Source of the DNA: Felis catus
Taxonomy: Eukaryota
DNA length: 64,000 bases
Assembly: GCF_018350175.1 (NCBI RefSeq)
Contig: NC_058368.1
Span: forward strand, 196,108,001-196,172,000
Reading direction: 5' to 3'
Positions 1 through 13,275 of this stretch are shown here, in pieces. The position numbers and the translations under genes were made by a program. A model generated the notes under the pieces. That model worked only from the letters and a program-made list of their open reading frames with translations, made no database searches and was not told the origin of the DNA. Numbering within the stretch: position 1 is the stretch's first letter; every line of letters starts with the position of its first letter.

Positions 1-450
1 ACTGAGTGAGTCTCTGTGTACCTCAAATGGCCATCCATAAGATAGAAAGAATGACAGTGTCCAGCAGAGGCCCCAACATGGAGGCTTCAGCCCTAATCAT
101 CCCAACACAATCCCATCACCCCGCCAAAACCTAATTCACTCATTTGATATTTGACGTATTTTTGCATCTTTAAAAAACCAATCCAAGTGGGGCCTGCTAC
201 ATAAACATTCCAAGACAATCTCCTACTTCCCTTCTTCCAAAGAGATCGTGTTTCCAAGCACCTCCATAGAATTCTACAGAATTCCTAGATCTATCACCTT
301 ATGGCTGTATGGCCTCAGTATTTTCATCTATAAAATGGGGACAATAATAGTGCCTACTTTATAGGATTATGCCGAGTAAGCAGATTAAGGTCTCAAAAAA
401 TGTTGAGTGAAAATGATATGATCATCTTCATTAAAATTATTGACATAGTT

Positions 451-633
451 GGGGGGCCTGGGTGGCTCAGTCAGTTGAGTATCTGACTCTTGGTTTCAGC
501 TCAGGTCATGATCCCAGGGTCATGAGATCGAGCCCTGTGCCAGGCTTCTTGGGATTCTCTCCCCCTGCCCCCTGCGCCTCTCCCCCACTCACATGCACTC
601 TCTCAATAAAATAAAAATAAATAAAAATAAAAA
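451..633 (+). mobile_element. Carnivore SINE (SINEC)
   Basis: ggggcctgggtggctcagtc head, CT-rich region, A-rich tail, degenerate TSD. Confidence 0.9.
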
Positions 634-1102
634 TATTGAGATGTTTAAAACCACTGGACTGGTGACAGCTAAGGTCCCTTAACCCTCTCAAGTCACATCT
701 GACCACTGTGATCACACACACACATGCGCAAACACACACGCACACCCTTCTCTGGAGCAGGATCCACACTCTCTGCCTGGCCCCAGCCCCAGAACACAGC
801 TGGTTTGTTCCTGGAACCCACCCTTGCCTCCCACAAAGTCCCCCACCCTTCAAGTCCCCTCATCCTGCCTTCCTTAAGGGGCCCCACCACTGTCTCCTAT
901 AATTGTCTTGGGGTTCCACTGAACCTTGTTATTGTGTCACAAGAGTGTCTCCCGGAGATGTGACAAGATGATGGGTCCTTGACGACAGGGTAGAGAAAAA
1001 CTGGGCTTTTCTCTGGGTCTTCAACATTTGCTGGGTGTCTGAATATGCTGAGAGCCCAAGGAGGGAAGGGTGTTGTTGTTTTTTTAATTATCTAACCAAG
1101 TG

Positions 1103-1111
1103 TTTCTTTTC

Positions 1112-1142
<31 letters not shown>

Positions 1143-1228
1143 CTTTTCTTTTCTTTTCTTTTCTTTTCTTTTCTTTTCTTTTCTTTTCTTTTCTTTTCTT
1201 TTCTTTTCTTTTCTTTTCTTTTCTTTTC
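1103..1228. repeat. (TTTTC)n pentanucleotide microsatellite
   Basis: Direct reading; ~125 nt, forming a SINE tail. Confidence 0.97.
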
Positions 1229-1673
1229 GAGAGAGACAGAGCATGAGCAGGAGAGGGGCAGAGAGAGAGGGAGACACAGAATCTGAAACAGGCTGTCAGC
1301 CCAGAGCCTGATGCAGGGCTCGAACCCATGAACCATGAGATCATGACCTGAGCTGAAGTTGGTCACTCAACCGACTGAGCCACCCAGGTGCCCCTCTAAC
1401 CAAGTTTTGCTTCAACTTTAGCATGCACCTACATTACTTGGACGCTTCTTTTTTTTTTTTTTTTAATGTTTATTTTTTGAGGCAAAGAGAGACAGACAGA
1501 GTGAGCAGAGGAGGGGCAGAGAGAGAGAGGGAGACACAGAATCTAAAGCAAGCTCCAGGCTCCTAGCTGTTATGACAGCACAGAGTCCAACGCGGGGCTT
1601 GAACCCACAGACCGTGAGATCATGACCTGAGCCGAAGTCGGACGCTCAACCAACTGAGCCACCCAGGTGCCCC
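1103..1673 (-). mobile_element. Two feline SINEs (1103-1394; 1448-1673)
   Basis: Antisense SINE bodies ending ctgagccacccaggtgcccc. The first has TSD tctaaccaagt and a (TTTTC)n tail. Confidence 0.92.
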
Positions 1674-1846
1674 AGTACTTGGCGGCTTCTTAAAACAGAC
1701 TGCTGGACCCCTCCTTCCCCCCTCATCCCAGTTTCTGATTCAGTAGGTCTGGGCGGGGGGGGTCAGATAATTTGCATTTTTAGCGACTTCCCAGGTAATA
1801 CCCAGGTAATGCTACTAGTCCAGAAGCCAACCCTGAGAACCACTGA
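1401..1846. mobile_element. MER5A-like hAT-Charlie MITE interrupted by a SINE
   Basis: cagtttctgattcagtaggtctggg...atttgcatttttag...tgagaaccactg. The inserted SINE is flanked by tacttggacgcttct / tacttggcggcttct. Confidence 0.75.
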
Positions 1847-4800
1847 CTCAACCTGCAGGTGAATAAGGAAGAGCCTCCATGAGCATGTGACGTTAAACCT
1901 CCTGTAAAAGCGTGAGCAGGAGCTGCCGTGGTCTAAGAAGAGGAGGAAGGGAATCTGGACAGACAGTGATGCATAAGTGAAGGCCCTGTGATGACGACAT
2001 TCATATCTCCTCACCTGGCCTCTGCCTGGACAGGTAGTGTAGACCAGAGGTGGCTGCCACTGAACAATGATTACGGCAGACCTCCGCCGACCGCCACCCC
2101 AGACCTGCCCAGACAGGCCGCTCCATGGCCAGCCTAGGGGTGATGAGAATCCACACCCTGCCTCGTTCAGCCAGACCTCGGGTGCGAACGAGGCCAGAGT
2201 CTCCACCACATCTCAACCATGTGAGCGCTGGGATTCTGCCCCACACCTCCCCACACAACCCCTTCCGTCTTGGCTAGCTCTGAGTGTGCTTACGTTTCCT
2301 CATTTCCAGTGCCTTACAGAGTAAGTCTGTTCTGTCTGGCCAGAGCAGCCCCTCAGAAACCAGCAGCCCGTAATGGTAATCCCTTGAGCCTGACCCCCCC
2401 CCCCACACACACACACACACGCCGCAAAGGCTGAGCCTTCCACTTTGCTAAGCCTTAGTGGCCACACCTGCTACCAGGAGGGGTGACACAAGTGCCTATT
2501 TCCTCCTGCTCTGGGGAGGATGGAATGAGCTCCCTGTTCAATAACAACATCACCAGCTACAACAATAATCATAACTCACATGGACTCAGCTTATAGTTAA
2601 GCATCTTTCCTGCATTATCTTTCTAAATGCTGTGAGATGGGGACCGTTACTATCCCCTTTGAACGGAGGAAGGCACTGAAGAGCTTCCCAAGGTGCCACA
2701 AGTAGGAAATGACCCAGCAAGGCCATCTGGGTCCAGAGCCTAGCTCCCAGCCTCTGCCCTGCCTGTGTTCTAGTGACCTACCCCAAGATCTACACCAGGC
2801 CACCTCTCCCTGACATCATCCCGTCCCCCTTCCCAGGGCACAGGGAGGCTCGGTGGGAGGCCTCTGGAGGTGCCAGCCCACAGTGTGCACAGTCTAGGGC
2901 ATGGTGCCCTCGTCTCAAGGACAGCCACAGGACCTACCAGCCAGGCCAACTTATCTGGCGTAAGTTTTAGATACCATTCAACATGGCCACTAGGGAGGAC
3001 ACGGGCCCTTATGGAACTTGAGCACCTTAACCTTGATGGAGAGGACAAAAGAGGAAAACAGGTGTAACAGAAGAAATCCTGTCCGGCCTCCTGGATAAGA
3101 CTGGCAGCTCCCACACCCCGTGCAAATTGCCCAGTCTTTCTGGGCCTCAGTTTCCTCTTCCAAATAAACATTCCCAGGCTATGAGACAGAATGTTCAGGA
3201 ACTCAAACCCTAAGGATTCTTCCTTCCATCTCGGAAAAGACAGACCACCCCCTAGGTATAAACAATATTAATACCCATTGTTATCTTTGAAGAGCTACTT
3301 ACTGGGCTCTTACTCTGGGTGAGGCACTGATCTGTTCAACTCTCCTAGCAAAACAGGACTATTACTATCCTCATTGGTTAAAGCCTAGAGGGATTTAAGA
3401 TTTAGGTAATTTTCTCTAGATCCCACAGCTAATGATGACAGAGCTGGGACTTGAACCCATGACTTTTGACTCCACTCTGCAATGCTCCCCCCTGGTGAAA
3501 TGGGCCACACACAGCCCCTGCCTCCAAAGCCTGGAGCCTAGAAGAAATGAGTTATGTCCCTAAGAAACCAGAATTCAAAGCCAGGTGTGTGAAGGGCCCA
3601 TGACAGGGCCATATAGCAGGCTCTTCCCATGCAAAAGCAGGGAGCAGGCAATGTCCAATGGCATTAGGAATAACTGTAGGGAAGTGGTAACACCGGAACT
3701 GGACCTCGGTGGGGGACTATTGGGCAGTGAGGGCAAGTGACTGGGGTTCAGCATCCTCGCCATGAGCAGAGACGGGCAGGTTCTGCTGAGGCTTGTGGGG
3801 GAATGGGAGATGGGGCACTGGTCACATAGTGGGCTACCTCCCATACCTTACCCTCCAAATAAGCAAATGCTCATTTACAATGCATATGTTTAACATTAGA
3901 TTAATCCAGTCTGAATCAAGAAACAAGACAGGTAGAAATAAAAAGGGCTAGGAGGCAGCTTAATGTAAACTCTCCTCCATCCAGGGAAGAGATTTGGTCC
4001 CTTCTGTGACTCCTTTGGTGGCAGACTATCTCTACCCTGGAGGCCATACAGTTCCAGACATTCACATCCATACCTTCTATCAGGCTCCAAACCTCCGAGT
4101 TGAAGCTGATGGGCAGAACTTTGTACCAGCCCCACAGGCAGGAGAAAGCACCTCTACTGGTGACCTTTCAAGACCAGGAGACCCTGCATTAACCGTTGCT
4201 GAAGGGCAGGCGGGGGACAGCCCTGCCTCCAGCCCTCCCGCTCCTCACTTTCAAACCCACTGGCCCTTCCCTTCAACTCCTACTGGTTCAGACTGATTCA
4301 TGATTCAGCTTTCTTTCCACACATTTGAGGAAAGAGAGACTGAACCCATTTCACAGACGGGGAAATAGAAGCCTAAGGTTCCAGCCCCCTGAAACCACAG
4401 TCCCAGCAGCTCTGGCAGCTGGTCCAGACATCCCGAGGGGCCCCTGGAAGGTCAGCTGTGCTGAGTGTGTTCCACAGGGTAAGGACTCTCCCAGGCAGAG
4501 CACTGCAGGCCAGGCCAGCATGGGGAACTTCCCAAGAAGCACAGGAAGGGGCAGCTCTGAAGAGCTATGAGAAAAAACAGGGGGTGGAAATGGGCCGAGC
4601 ACTACCCCAACTGCTGAGATTCTCGGAAGAAAAGGGAACTGAAAGAGGTCACCCAGGTCTGACCCTCCCAGCACACGCCTTCGGCATCCTTTCCCTCTCT
4701 CCAGGGTCACTGTTTACCTTTAGCAATGGAGACCTCGCCTCTCCCGAGGCATCGTATTCCCGTTAGCCTCCTGTCACTCTTGCTGCTGTGTCTGCCCTCA

Positions 4801-7459
4801 GGAGGCACGGGACAAGACTATGCCCTCTGCCCACAGAGAGCCCTGCCAGGGGTTGGAAGCAGTGACGCTGTCACTTAAGGGTCCTTCCCCAAACCTCAGG
4901 TCACCTGTGATGAGCCCGAGCCCCAAAGCAGCTACAAAGTCCTTCAGCCTCCTCCTCCTCCTTTCCTCAGTCCCACCGCCTGAGTCAGACTCTGCTCAGC
5001 TCTCTGCTGGACCCCAACTCGCATCATCTCTGAGCTGGTCGCAACACAACCAGTCTCACCACCATCTTTGGCCAAATGACCTCTGAGAGGAACAGCACAC
5101 TAGGGCAAAAGCAGTTCTGGCCTGCGTTCCAATACCGCTCTGTAAGTGACTCAAGGCCTCTGAGCCTCCATTTCCCCATCTGAAAATGGGGCAGGGGTGG
5201 GGATTACCGGCGGCAGCAGCTACTCGGCAGGAGTATTGTGAGATTTCAGTGGAGCGTCTGTAAGGAGCCTGGCACGAGACATGGCCACAGGCATCGACTC
5301 AACGAGCTGCTTACCACCCTCTGTCCTCTCCACCGGCTACAGAATAAAATCCAAACTCCTGAGCAGGATGCTGCAAAGTCCCCAGAACCCAATCTTGCCT
5401 TCCACTGCCCCCCTTCCCACAGCCTGCATCCTCACAAACACTTCCTCTCCCAGGAAGCCCTGCCGACGTTAACAACCAGAAGAGCTTTTCCTCTCTACTG
5501 ACCTTCCAAAGCCCATCTATCACTGACCACGTCCTGCCTCTCCACCATCACTGAGCCTCGTCTTCCCTCCCCCATCAGACCAGCAGCCTCTCCGCTCAGA
5601 AACAAGCAGCACCTCACCCTCACCCCATTTCGTTTCCCCATCACCCCACCCCGCAGACAGTTTCCATACATATTTAACAAATTACCCTAATGTTCCATTT
5701 CATGTAAAGTATGTCCAAGTCCTCCAAACAGTCCAGATATTTCAAGCCATACCCAAACCAAATTCCAAGCCAGCAGAAGTCTGCCCAGTCTCTAGGGACT
5801 TGCAGGCCTGGCTTTGGTCCCAAAGTATGGAAGACGGACGGGTCGAGCAGGCCCGAAGCCCAGAGCAGAGAGAGCTTGGAGCTGCTGAGACCAGGGCCCG
5901 TTTCTACGTGTCACAGATGCAGTTTCTCAGTTGGCTCCTGGGCCAACCCTCGGCCTATGATTTCACACTCGACCACATCCTCAACTTGTGAATTAAAACT
6001 GTTTCTTGCATGCCCCTTATTGACAGGAGGCTCACTATCCATTTTTTCTTGCTTGCTGGCTCCTTCCCTCACCTGTTGATTCTCCCAGAGGCCTCTCTTT
6101 CTGCTCTGATCACGAGGACAAGGACAGTCTGGCCGCATGCCAAAGGGTCACCCCCATCCCTCAGGGCTCCTTTCACCCACCCAGCCCCTCCACTCATCGC
6201 CCCGCATTTCTGAGTCCCCTCAAAGTCCAGCTAGTAGTGGAATTTCCACCCTTGTTCCTAGAAGCTGACAGTGGTCTGTCAGCCCAGGAAGGCCCCCTGT
6301 TCGTGGAGCCTACCAAAAACCTACAGACCCTGCAAATCCCAGACGCAGTGCTGGCACAGCCCTCGGAGCATCTAGGACAGTCATGTGCACGCAAACTTTC
6401 ATTTCCCAAGAACCTTCATTCTCTACCCCGCTCCATTGTTGTAAGATGTCATTTATTAACTAGAAATTTGTTTTCCATGTTTAAAGAAATTACTCAAGGC
6501 CCCCAATAAGAGCCTGATCAGCAGTCATGAGATGGTACCCTCGCCAAAAGACTGGGCCAGCACAGAGCACAGAAACCGGCGGAAGTCTGGGTCCATGCAT
6601 ATTCACTCAGAGTATTTACTGAGGGTCTACACTGTGCCCCAGGTTCAGAAACCCAGTACACACAAGCATTTTCCATTAGGATTCTGTAATCCTGACCGTG
6701 GCTCAAAGTCCACCCCCATTACTGTCCTCGGGGACCTTTGGGGCTGCAGCACCTAGGGCAGGCCATTAGTTTCGCAATAAGGACCCTGCTGATGAGTCAC
6801 ACAAGTGGACACCTGTGATATAAATCCTTTGGCCTTCTGTCTCTCATCGCCCCCAAGGGCTCGGCTTCTTGGCCCTACCTCTGCTCTCTGCTGATCTAAA
6901 AGTGACCTGGTCTGAATGGAGATGAAAGGTTCTGCCTTCTCCTGGGTGCCGGGGACAGGCCTGTTGACAAAGCCACCAGCTGTCCCTAGCTGGAGCCAGG
7001 GAGACCAGCTCCTCCTGCACCACCCTCACTGGGAGAGCATTCCTGCCACGGACCCAGCCAGCAACAGAAGTCGGACCACCATAGAGGTCCGGGCCCAGGC
7101 TCCACTGGACTTCCCTCCTGGTCCAGCTGCCCACAGTAACAAGAGCCAGGGCACAAGACCTCAACCTGCACCAGTACCAGGCAGAAGGAGCATCACCTGG
7201 GGGTGAGGGTGATGGGGAGAGGGGACAAGTGTCCTCATAATTTCAACTGAAAATGACACCATGAGCTCAGTCACAGCAGGACTTAATAGAGACCTGTAGG
7301 TGAGACTCAGGCTAGGGGAGGAGAGTCAAATCCAAGTTCCACCACTTCTCACCTGCACAGCCTTTGCCATCCTGTGCCTCAGTTTCCCCCTCGGTGAAAT
7401 GTGGTTCATAGTAAAGCGGGAGAACTGAAGAAAATAATATATATAAAACAGTTAGCCCA

Positions 7460-7671
7460 GGGGCGCCTGGGTGGTTCAGTTGGTTAAGCGTCTCACTTCG
7501 GCTCAGGTCATGATCTCCCTGTTCGAGGGTTTGAGCCCCACATCAGGCTCTGTGCTGACAGCTCAGACCCTGGAGCCTGCTTGGGATTCTGTGTCTCTCT
7601 CTCTGCCCCTCCCCTGCTTGTACTCTGTCTCTCTCTCAAAAATAAGTAAACATTAAAAAACAAAGCAAAAC
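7460..7671 (+). mobile_element. Feline SINE
   Basis: ggggcgcctgggtggttcag head; TSD aaaacagttagccca / aaaacaattagccca. Confidence 0.92.
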
Positions 7672-8099
7672 AATTAGCCCAGTGCCTGGCACATAGTAAA
7701 CATGCAATAAATACTTGTTGAATATAAACATGCCACAGTTTACTGAGGTACCACAGATTTTCATCTCATCCCTATTCTAGAATATACTATATTTTCCCCA
7801 TTTTACAGGTGAGGAAACTGAGGTGAGGGGAAGGTAAGGAACCAGCCCAAGGTCACAGAGCTGGGAAGTGACAGACATCCAGGTCAGTCTGCACCTCAAG
7901 ACCAGGGGCAGGACTGCCTGAGGCCATTCTCAATGACTGGGGGAGGAGGGGGGGCGGAGTACAGCGCTGGGGCAAGACAGGGGTAGACGGGTGGGGTCCT
8001 GAATCCCCTGGGCCTAGCATGGCTCCTGTCTGACCCCTGTGCTCAATCCAGTTAAGAGCCAGGAGGCCAGTCCCCAGATTCCCATCCTGTCCCAGTGCC

Positions 8100-9620
8100 C
8101 CCTCCTCACCCCGTCCCAGGGTGTTAAAGAGCAGCGTTCAAAGCGGAGGCTCCACGCTCCGAGAACCAGAGAGGAAGAGAGTTAGAGACCAGGCCGCTCT
8201 CGCAGCCCCGAGAAAACCGGTCCGGCCGCCTCACCCTGCCCCAAGCGGGGACCCGGCCTCTAACCCCCTCCCTCGCCAGACAAAAGTTTCCCCTGTTCGG
8301 GAGTAGGGGAGGGGGAGGGGGCATTCCTCGTGAGTGACATTATCCGTGACCTACAGCTGCCGCGCTGCCCTCGCCCGCACCCCGGCCTGCCCCCAGCCCC
8401 AGCGCGGCCCCCCACCCCTTTGTCCTCCCACCCCCGTGCGCGGGGCCCGGCAGACTCGGCTCGCCCGCCCGGCGCCCGCCCGCACTAAACTTGCGCCGGC
8501 GGCCGCTTGGGCCCCGCGCGGCCTGCACGCCCGGCTCGGGCCCCGCCGGCCCGGCGACAGGGGACTGGCTGGCCCCGGCCCTCCCAGCCTCTTACCTGCC
8601 ACGGCTGGGGCGCCCCCCGGGGGGAGGAGGCGCTCCCGGCGAGCCGCGGGACGCCTGGGTTTCCCCCCCGGCCGTGCGGGCGCCGCCGGGCTCTGGCCCC
8701 GGCCGGGGTTAACCCCTCGCCGGCCGCCTCCCGCCGCTCCCACCCCCGCTCCACGCCGCAGCCGCCGCCACCGCCCGCTCCGCCTCCCGCCCGCTGTCCC
8801 CCTCCCCCTCCCCCGCCCGGTGCCCAGCCCCCAGTCCCGGCCCCCGGCACCGCGCTGGGGCAGCTCGCAGTCCCCACCCCCCACCCCCACCCCCCCGCCC
8901 CGCGATCCCGTGGCGGGGAGGTGGGGGTCTCCCCGAGAGCTGGAAGTTGGGGCGCGCTGCCCCCGCACCCCGCAGGCCGGCGGCGCACAGAGGGGCGAGC
9001 CCGCGCGCCCAGGGCCCCCAGCCCGTCTCCCCTTCCCCTCGCCGGCCGCGGCGCCTACCTCCCCGAATCGCGGCCGTGGGAGCGGGGTTCGATCCCGTGA
9101 TGGAGCGTGGGTGCCGGCCCGAGATCGGCTCCGGAGGCCCCGGCGGCCGGCGGGCGTGCGGCGAGCGCCCCGGGGCGGGGGCCGGGGCGGGACCGGGAGC
9201 TGCTATCGGGGCTGGATTTCTCGGCTTCCACCCGGATTCTCCCTCGGCTCTCCCGGCCGATTCGGTGCTGCTCGGCGACCACGTGACGCGGGCTGCCTTT
9301 GACCCCTGTCTCCGAGCGGGTAGGGGGCGGGGGCCGGAGGGGGTGTCAGATGCGGGACCCACGAGGGCCCCGGGCGGCTGCCGGGCGTCCTGGAGGCGGT
9401 GACCCCGGGGAAACAAAGCCCGGGGGAAGCCCACAAGTTATTCGGGGTCAAAGAGGGAACAGCGCTGGGGGTCGGAGAGGCTTCAGAGAAAACTAGGGAG
9501 ACAAAGACCCGCGCCCGCCGCGCCTCCGGGGGCCCTGGGAGCGCCCTGGCCGGGCCCGAGGGGGCCTCCCGGCTCTGCCGCCGCTGGGCTTATGACAACT
9601 GTCCAGGGCCTCCCCGGACG
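8100..9620. promoter_or_regulatory. Large CpG island; probable upstream promoter of NDST1 (minus strand), identity by synteny only
   Basis: Very GC- and CpG-rich. GC box GGGGCGGGG at ~9324-9332, E-box CACGTG at 9280-9285, and minus-strand donors at 8596 and 9059. NDST1 lies divergent from RPS14 in mammals. Confidence 0.75.
8596..8800 (-). other. Candidate non-coding first exon (minus strand)
   Basis: Plus-strand cttacctg at 8591-8598 reads CAG|GTAAG on minus, a strong donor inside the CpG island. The 5' boundary is a guess. Confidence 0.5.
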
Positions 9621-10312
9621 GCTCCCCGACAACCAGGTCTCTGCCGGAGTGACCCCTCCTGGGCAGGCCTTCCCCACCCCACCCCACCCCACCTTTGCCC
9701 TGACTCTTGAAAACCCCTTTATTTCCTTTATCGTGATTATCTGGTTCATTTACTGGTCTCATTGTTTACTAGAATGTCATCTCCCCCAACAAGTTGCTCC
9801 CAGCGGAATCCCTAGCGCCTAGCACGTAACAGGCAGCTGAAGAGGTGGATGACCTTGTGCAGATTTCTTCTCCCACTGAGCCTCGGGTTCCCATCCCCAG
9901 TGTCATTTCAACCATCTCAAGGACCCTGCAAGTTAGGCCAGACTACAGTGGCCTTCCTCATGAAACAGATGGGGACACAGAGGCCCAGAGACAGGGGATG
10001 ATTTCCCGGAGGCTCATAGAGAGCTGAATGGAGGCTGCTCAGATCTGACTGACTAGGTAGGGGCTTTTTGGCGTCCATGAACCATCCAGAACCAGGAGGG
10101 ATGTGGCGGAGGGGGAGGGGTGAATTCGATTAGTGAGCCTTGAGGAGCTTGCTAATGATGTATGTAACTAGGCCCCTCCCCTGGCGGTCCTGACTCTGTG
10201 GACCTGGGGTGGGGCTGGGGCAAATTTGGAAAACAGTAGATTGGTAGTTTCTTAAGAACCTTCTGAGGCTCAAGATTAACTGTAGGAACAAAGCTCAAAA
10301 AGCATACAAGCA

Positions 10313-11131
10313 GGGGGGCCTGGGTGGCTCAGTTGGTTGAGCATCCACTCGATGTCCACTCAGGTCATGATCTCATGGTTGTGAGATCGAACCCCACGTC
10401 CAGCTCACTGTGAGCTCGAACCTGCTTCAGATTCTCTCTCTCCCTCTCTCTCTCTCTGCCCCTCCCCTGCTTGTTCTCTCTCTCTCTCTCAAAATAAATA
10501 AATAAACTAAAAAAAAAAAAAAAAAAAGTATATGAGCAACCAGAGCAGAGCCAAGAGAGGTAGAAAAGCCAAACCTGACATGTGAGAGTAGGATAGACTC
10601 ACCCCAATCCCCCTAAAAACTAACTTTGTGCTGGGGGGAAGAGGTTTTCAGCCAGCCCATGCATGTTTCACAGGGGAAAGATGCTAAGCCCCACAAGGTG
10701 CTGGGGGATGGGACTGGGTTCCTGACTCCTAGCTGTGCCCAAGTGACAGCTTTGGGCGGAGTATCATCAGACAGGAAGGTGGTGGTCACAGGCCAAATTG
10801 CAGGCCCCATTCAAAGATGGGCTTGTGACTTCTTAGTGCATACTCCAGCCCTGCCACTCGTAAATCAGCATCTACCAGCAAATTATCCTTTATCATCTAT
10901 GTTCCTGTGGTCAATGATGTAAAAGTCCTTGAATATGCTCTGAGTCTTAGGCAGGTTAAATAAGCCCCCCTAGAATCTTACTCATGCTAATCTCTGCTTT
11001 AGAAGGCCACTTCCAGGGCACCTGGTTCAGCATCTGACTTTGGCTCAGGTCACGATCTCATGGGTTGTGAGTTCAAGCCCCGCATCGAGCTCTGTGTGCT
11101 GACAGCTTGGAGCCTAGAGCCTGTTTTGGAT

Positions 11132-11175
<44 letters not shown>

Positions 11176-11465
11176 CCTCCCATCCCCCACCCCCCGCCCT
11201 GTCCCGTCATGCTCTCTCTCTCTCCCTCCAAAATAAATAAACATTAAAAATTTTTTTTTCAATGTTTATTTCTTTTTGGGAGACAGTGAGAGACAGAGCG
11301 TGAGTGGGGGAGGGGCATGGAGAGAGGGAGACACAGAATCCAAACCAGGCTCCAGGCTCTGAGCTATCAGCACAGAACACCACGCAGGGCCTGACCTCAT
11401 GAACCGTGAGATCATGACCTGAGCCAAAGTCAGACGCTTAACTGACTGTGCCACCCAGGTGCCCC
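10313..11465. mobile_element. Three SINEs (10313-10527 +; 11016-11250 +; 11251-11465 - inserted in the preceding tail)
   Basis: SINE heads and tails; outer TSD ttagaaggccacttcca / ttagaagacgatttcca. Confidence 0.9.
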
Positions 11466-13044
11466 AAGTATTAAAAAACAATGTTAGAAGACGATTTCCA
11501 CCCACCTGAGGTCCTGTGAACATCTTCACTGTGCCAGGCACTGAGCTCCTGTACCGGTAAGGGAGATGCAGGGGTGAAAGACACATGGGTCTGCAGTCAA
11601 GTGGACGAGTATGTTCGGAGACAATCTGCATGTCCCTCCTGTGTCCAGGAGGGATTGCCTGCTAGGGAGGACCAGGGCAAGGGCTATGGCCCATAGTAAG
11701 AGGGGAATAGAATGAGGGAGCTTTGGGGAGAGGCAGCCTGGGAGCAGGAGCAGGATGAACGGGTAGGATTGGGGCGGGCAGAAGGACACATTCAGCACGA
11801 GGAACAACCCGTGCAAAGGCCACATAGACCGTGCTCAGGAAAAGCTGAGTGTTGCCTGGGCGGGAGGCAGGGGGCAGGAGGAGAAGGCGGAGGAAGCAGG
11901 AAGGAAGAAATGAGCAAGAAAACTGGAGAGGTGGGTTAGGAGCAAATGATAGGTGACCTCTTGGGGGAAGCTCCACGGATCAGACATTATCTTGAGGACC
12001 TGGTGGAGAAGACGGCTGTAAGCAGGTGGAAGAGGTGATAAGAGCCATGCTGTGGGAGGGTTGAGGGGAAGGGTGGCCAGTCAGGTCACAAAGCCATCCT
12101 CCTGACCAAGCTGATGGAGATCTGGCATCTCATCATTGGAGCTGCAGGTCCAAAGCGTTTGGGGGGCAGCAGTGAGCTGGGGTAACTCCCCATCATGGGT
12201 AGCTACCTCTTCCGACGCTTCCCAAGTCTTCAGAGTTGCTGTTCACCAAGCTGGCCCCAAGGCCCTCCAACTCATTGTCACCCAGAAAGCCTCCCAGGAG
12301 GCAAGGCCCAGGGCCCAACCCAGAAGATTTGCCTCCATGGGACTGGGTGAAGCTGAGGACCTGCGTTTCCAACCACACCCCAGGATGTCCTGAGGAAGGC
12401 GGTCCAGATACCCTCCTCCTCCATCCCCTCAGGACCCACCCACACCTCCCAGAGCTTTGGGGACTTTCTTTGTGCTGACAATTCCCCCAGACCCAGACGC
12501 CCTCCTCCGCCCCAGGTGGCCTCTCTTCCGCCCACTTGACATGTCCCTGGGCTGTCTGAAGGTCACCTTTATCCAACTCCGCAAGTCAGAGCCTGGACTC
12601 ATCATCTTCCACCCAGATCTTCTTCTTCTCCTCCTCCTCTTCCTCCTCCTGTGTCCCCAATTCACATGTCTAGTCCAGAAATCTGACACCAGCCCCTTGT
12701 CCCCATACCCCCTTCACGAGCAAGTCCCATTGGCTCTGCCTCCAGATTTGTTTTTAACCTAACAACCCCATTTCTTCTTCTGCACCACTGCCACCCTAGT
12801 CCAAGCAGCTCTTTTGTCCCTACTGTGGTCCATGTTCACAGCCTGTTAATTGCTCTCTCTCTCCCTCCCTCCCTCCCGCTTTGCTCCCTCTGATGCAACC
12901 TCATCGTGCTCGTTTCTTCCTTGAAATTACCAATGGCTTCCCATGGATCTTAGGATAAATTCCCTGCCTTGATGTCCAGCCTCACCTCTTATCCTAAATA
13001 AGCAATGTCCCACCTTCCCCTTTACCTGACTAAGTCCTTGATAA

Positions 13045-13275
13045 CAGTGCGGACTCAGCCAGACTGCCTGGGTTTGAATGCTGGCCTTTCCACTTATAAG
13101 CTATGTGACCTTGGTCCTATTTGTCAACCTTTCTGTGCTCAGTTCCCTCACCTCTAAAATGGGGACAACAATAGCATTGTGCTTTACAGGGCTGTTGTGA
13201 GTATTAAGTGAGTTAATTACATAAAGCCCTCAGGGTGGTGTCTATCACAGGGTGGACATTATTTAAATGTTAAAT
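13045..13275 (+). mobile_element. MIR element (representative; other MIRs at ~295-400, 7780-7890, 21600-21790, 35510-35700, 47860-48030, 48890-49110)
   Basis: MIR core: ccacttataagctatgtgaccttgg...ctcagttccctcacctctaaaatggggacaacaatag. Confidence 0.8.

Noticed and set aside
1035..1366. KEKKR / FFSFL repeat ORFs
   Set aside because: Translation of the (TTTTC)n microsatellite and a SINE.
8334..9434. Long overlapping ORFs (322, 241, 205, 197 aa) on both strands
   Set aside because: Low-complexity Pro/Arg/Gly/Ala translations are expected in a stop-poor CpG island; no recognisable domain.
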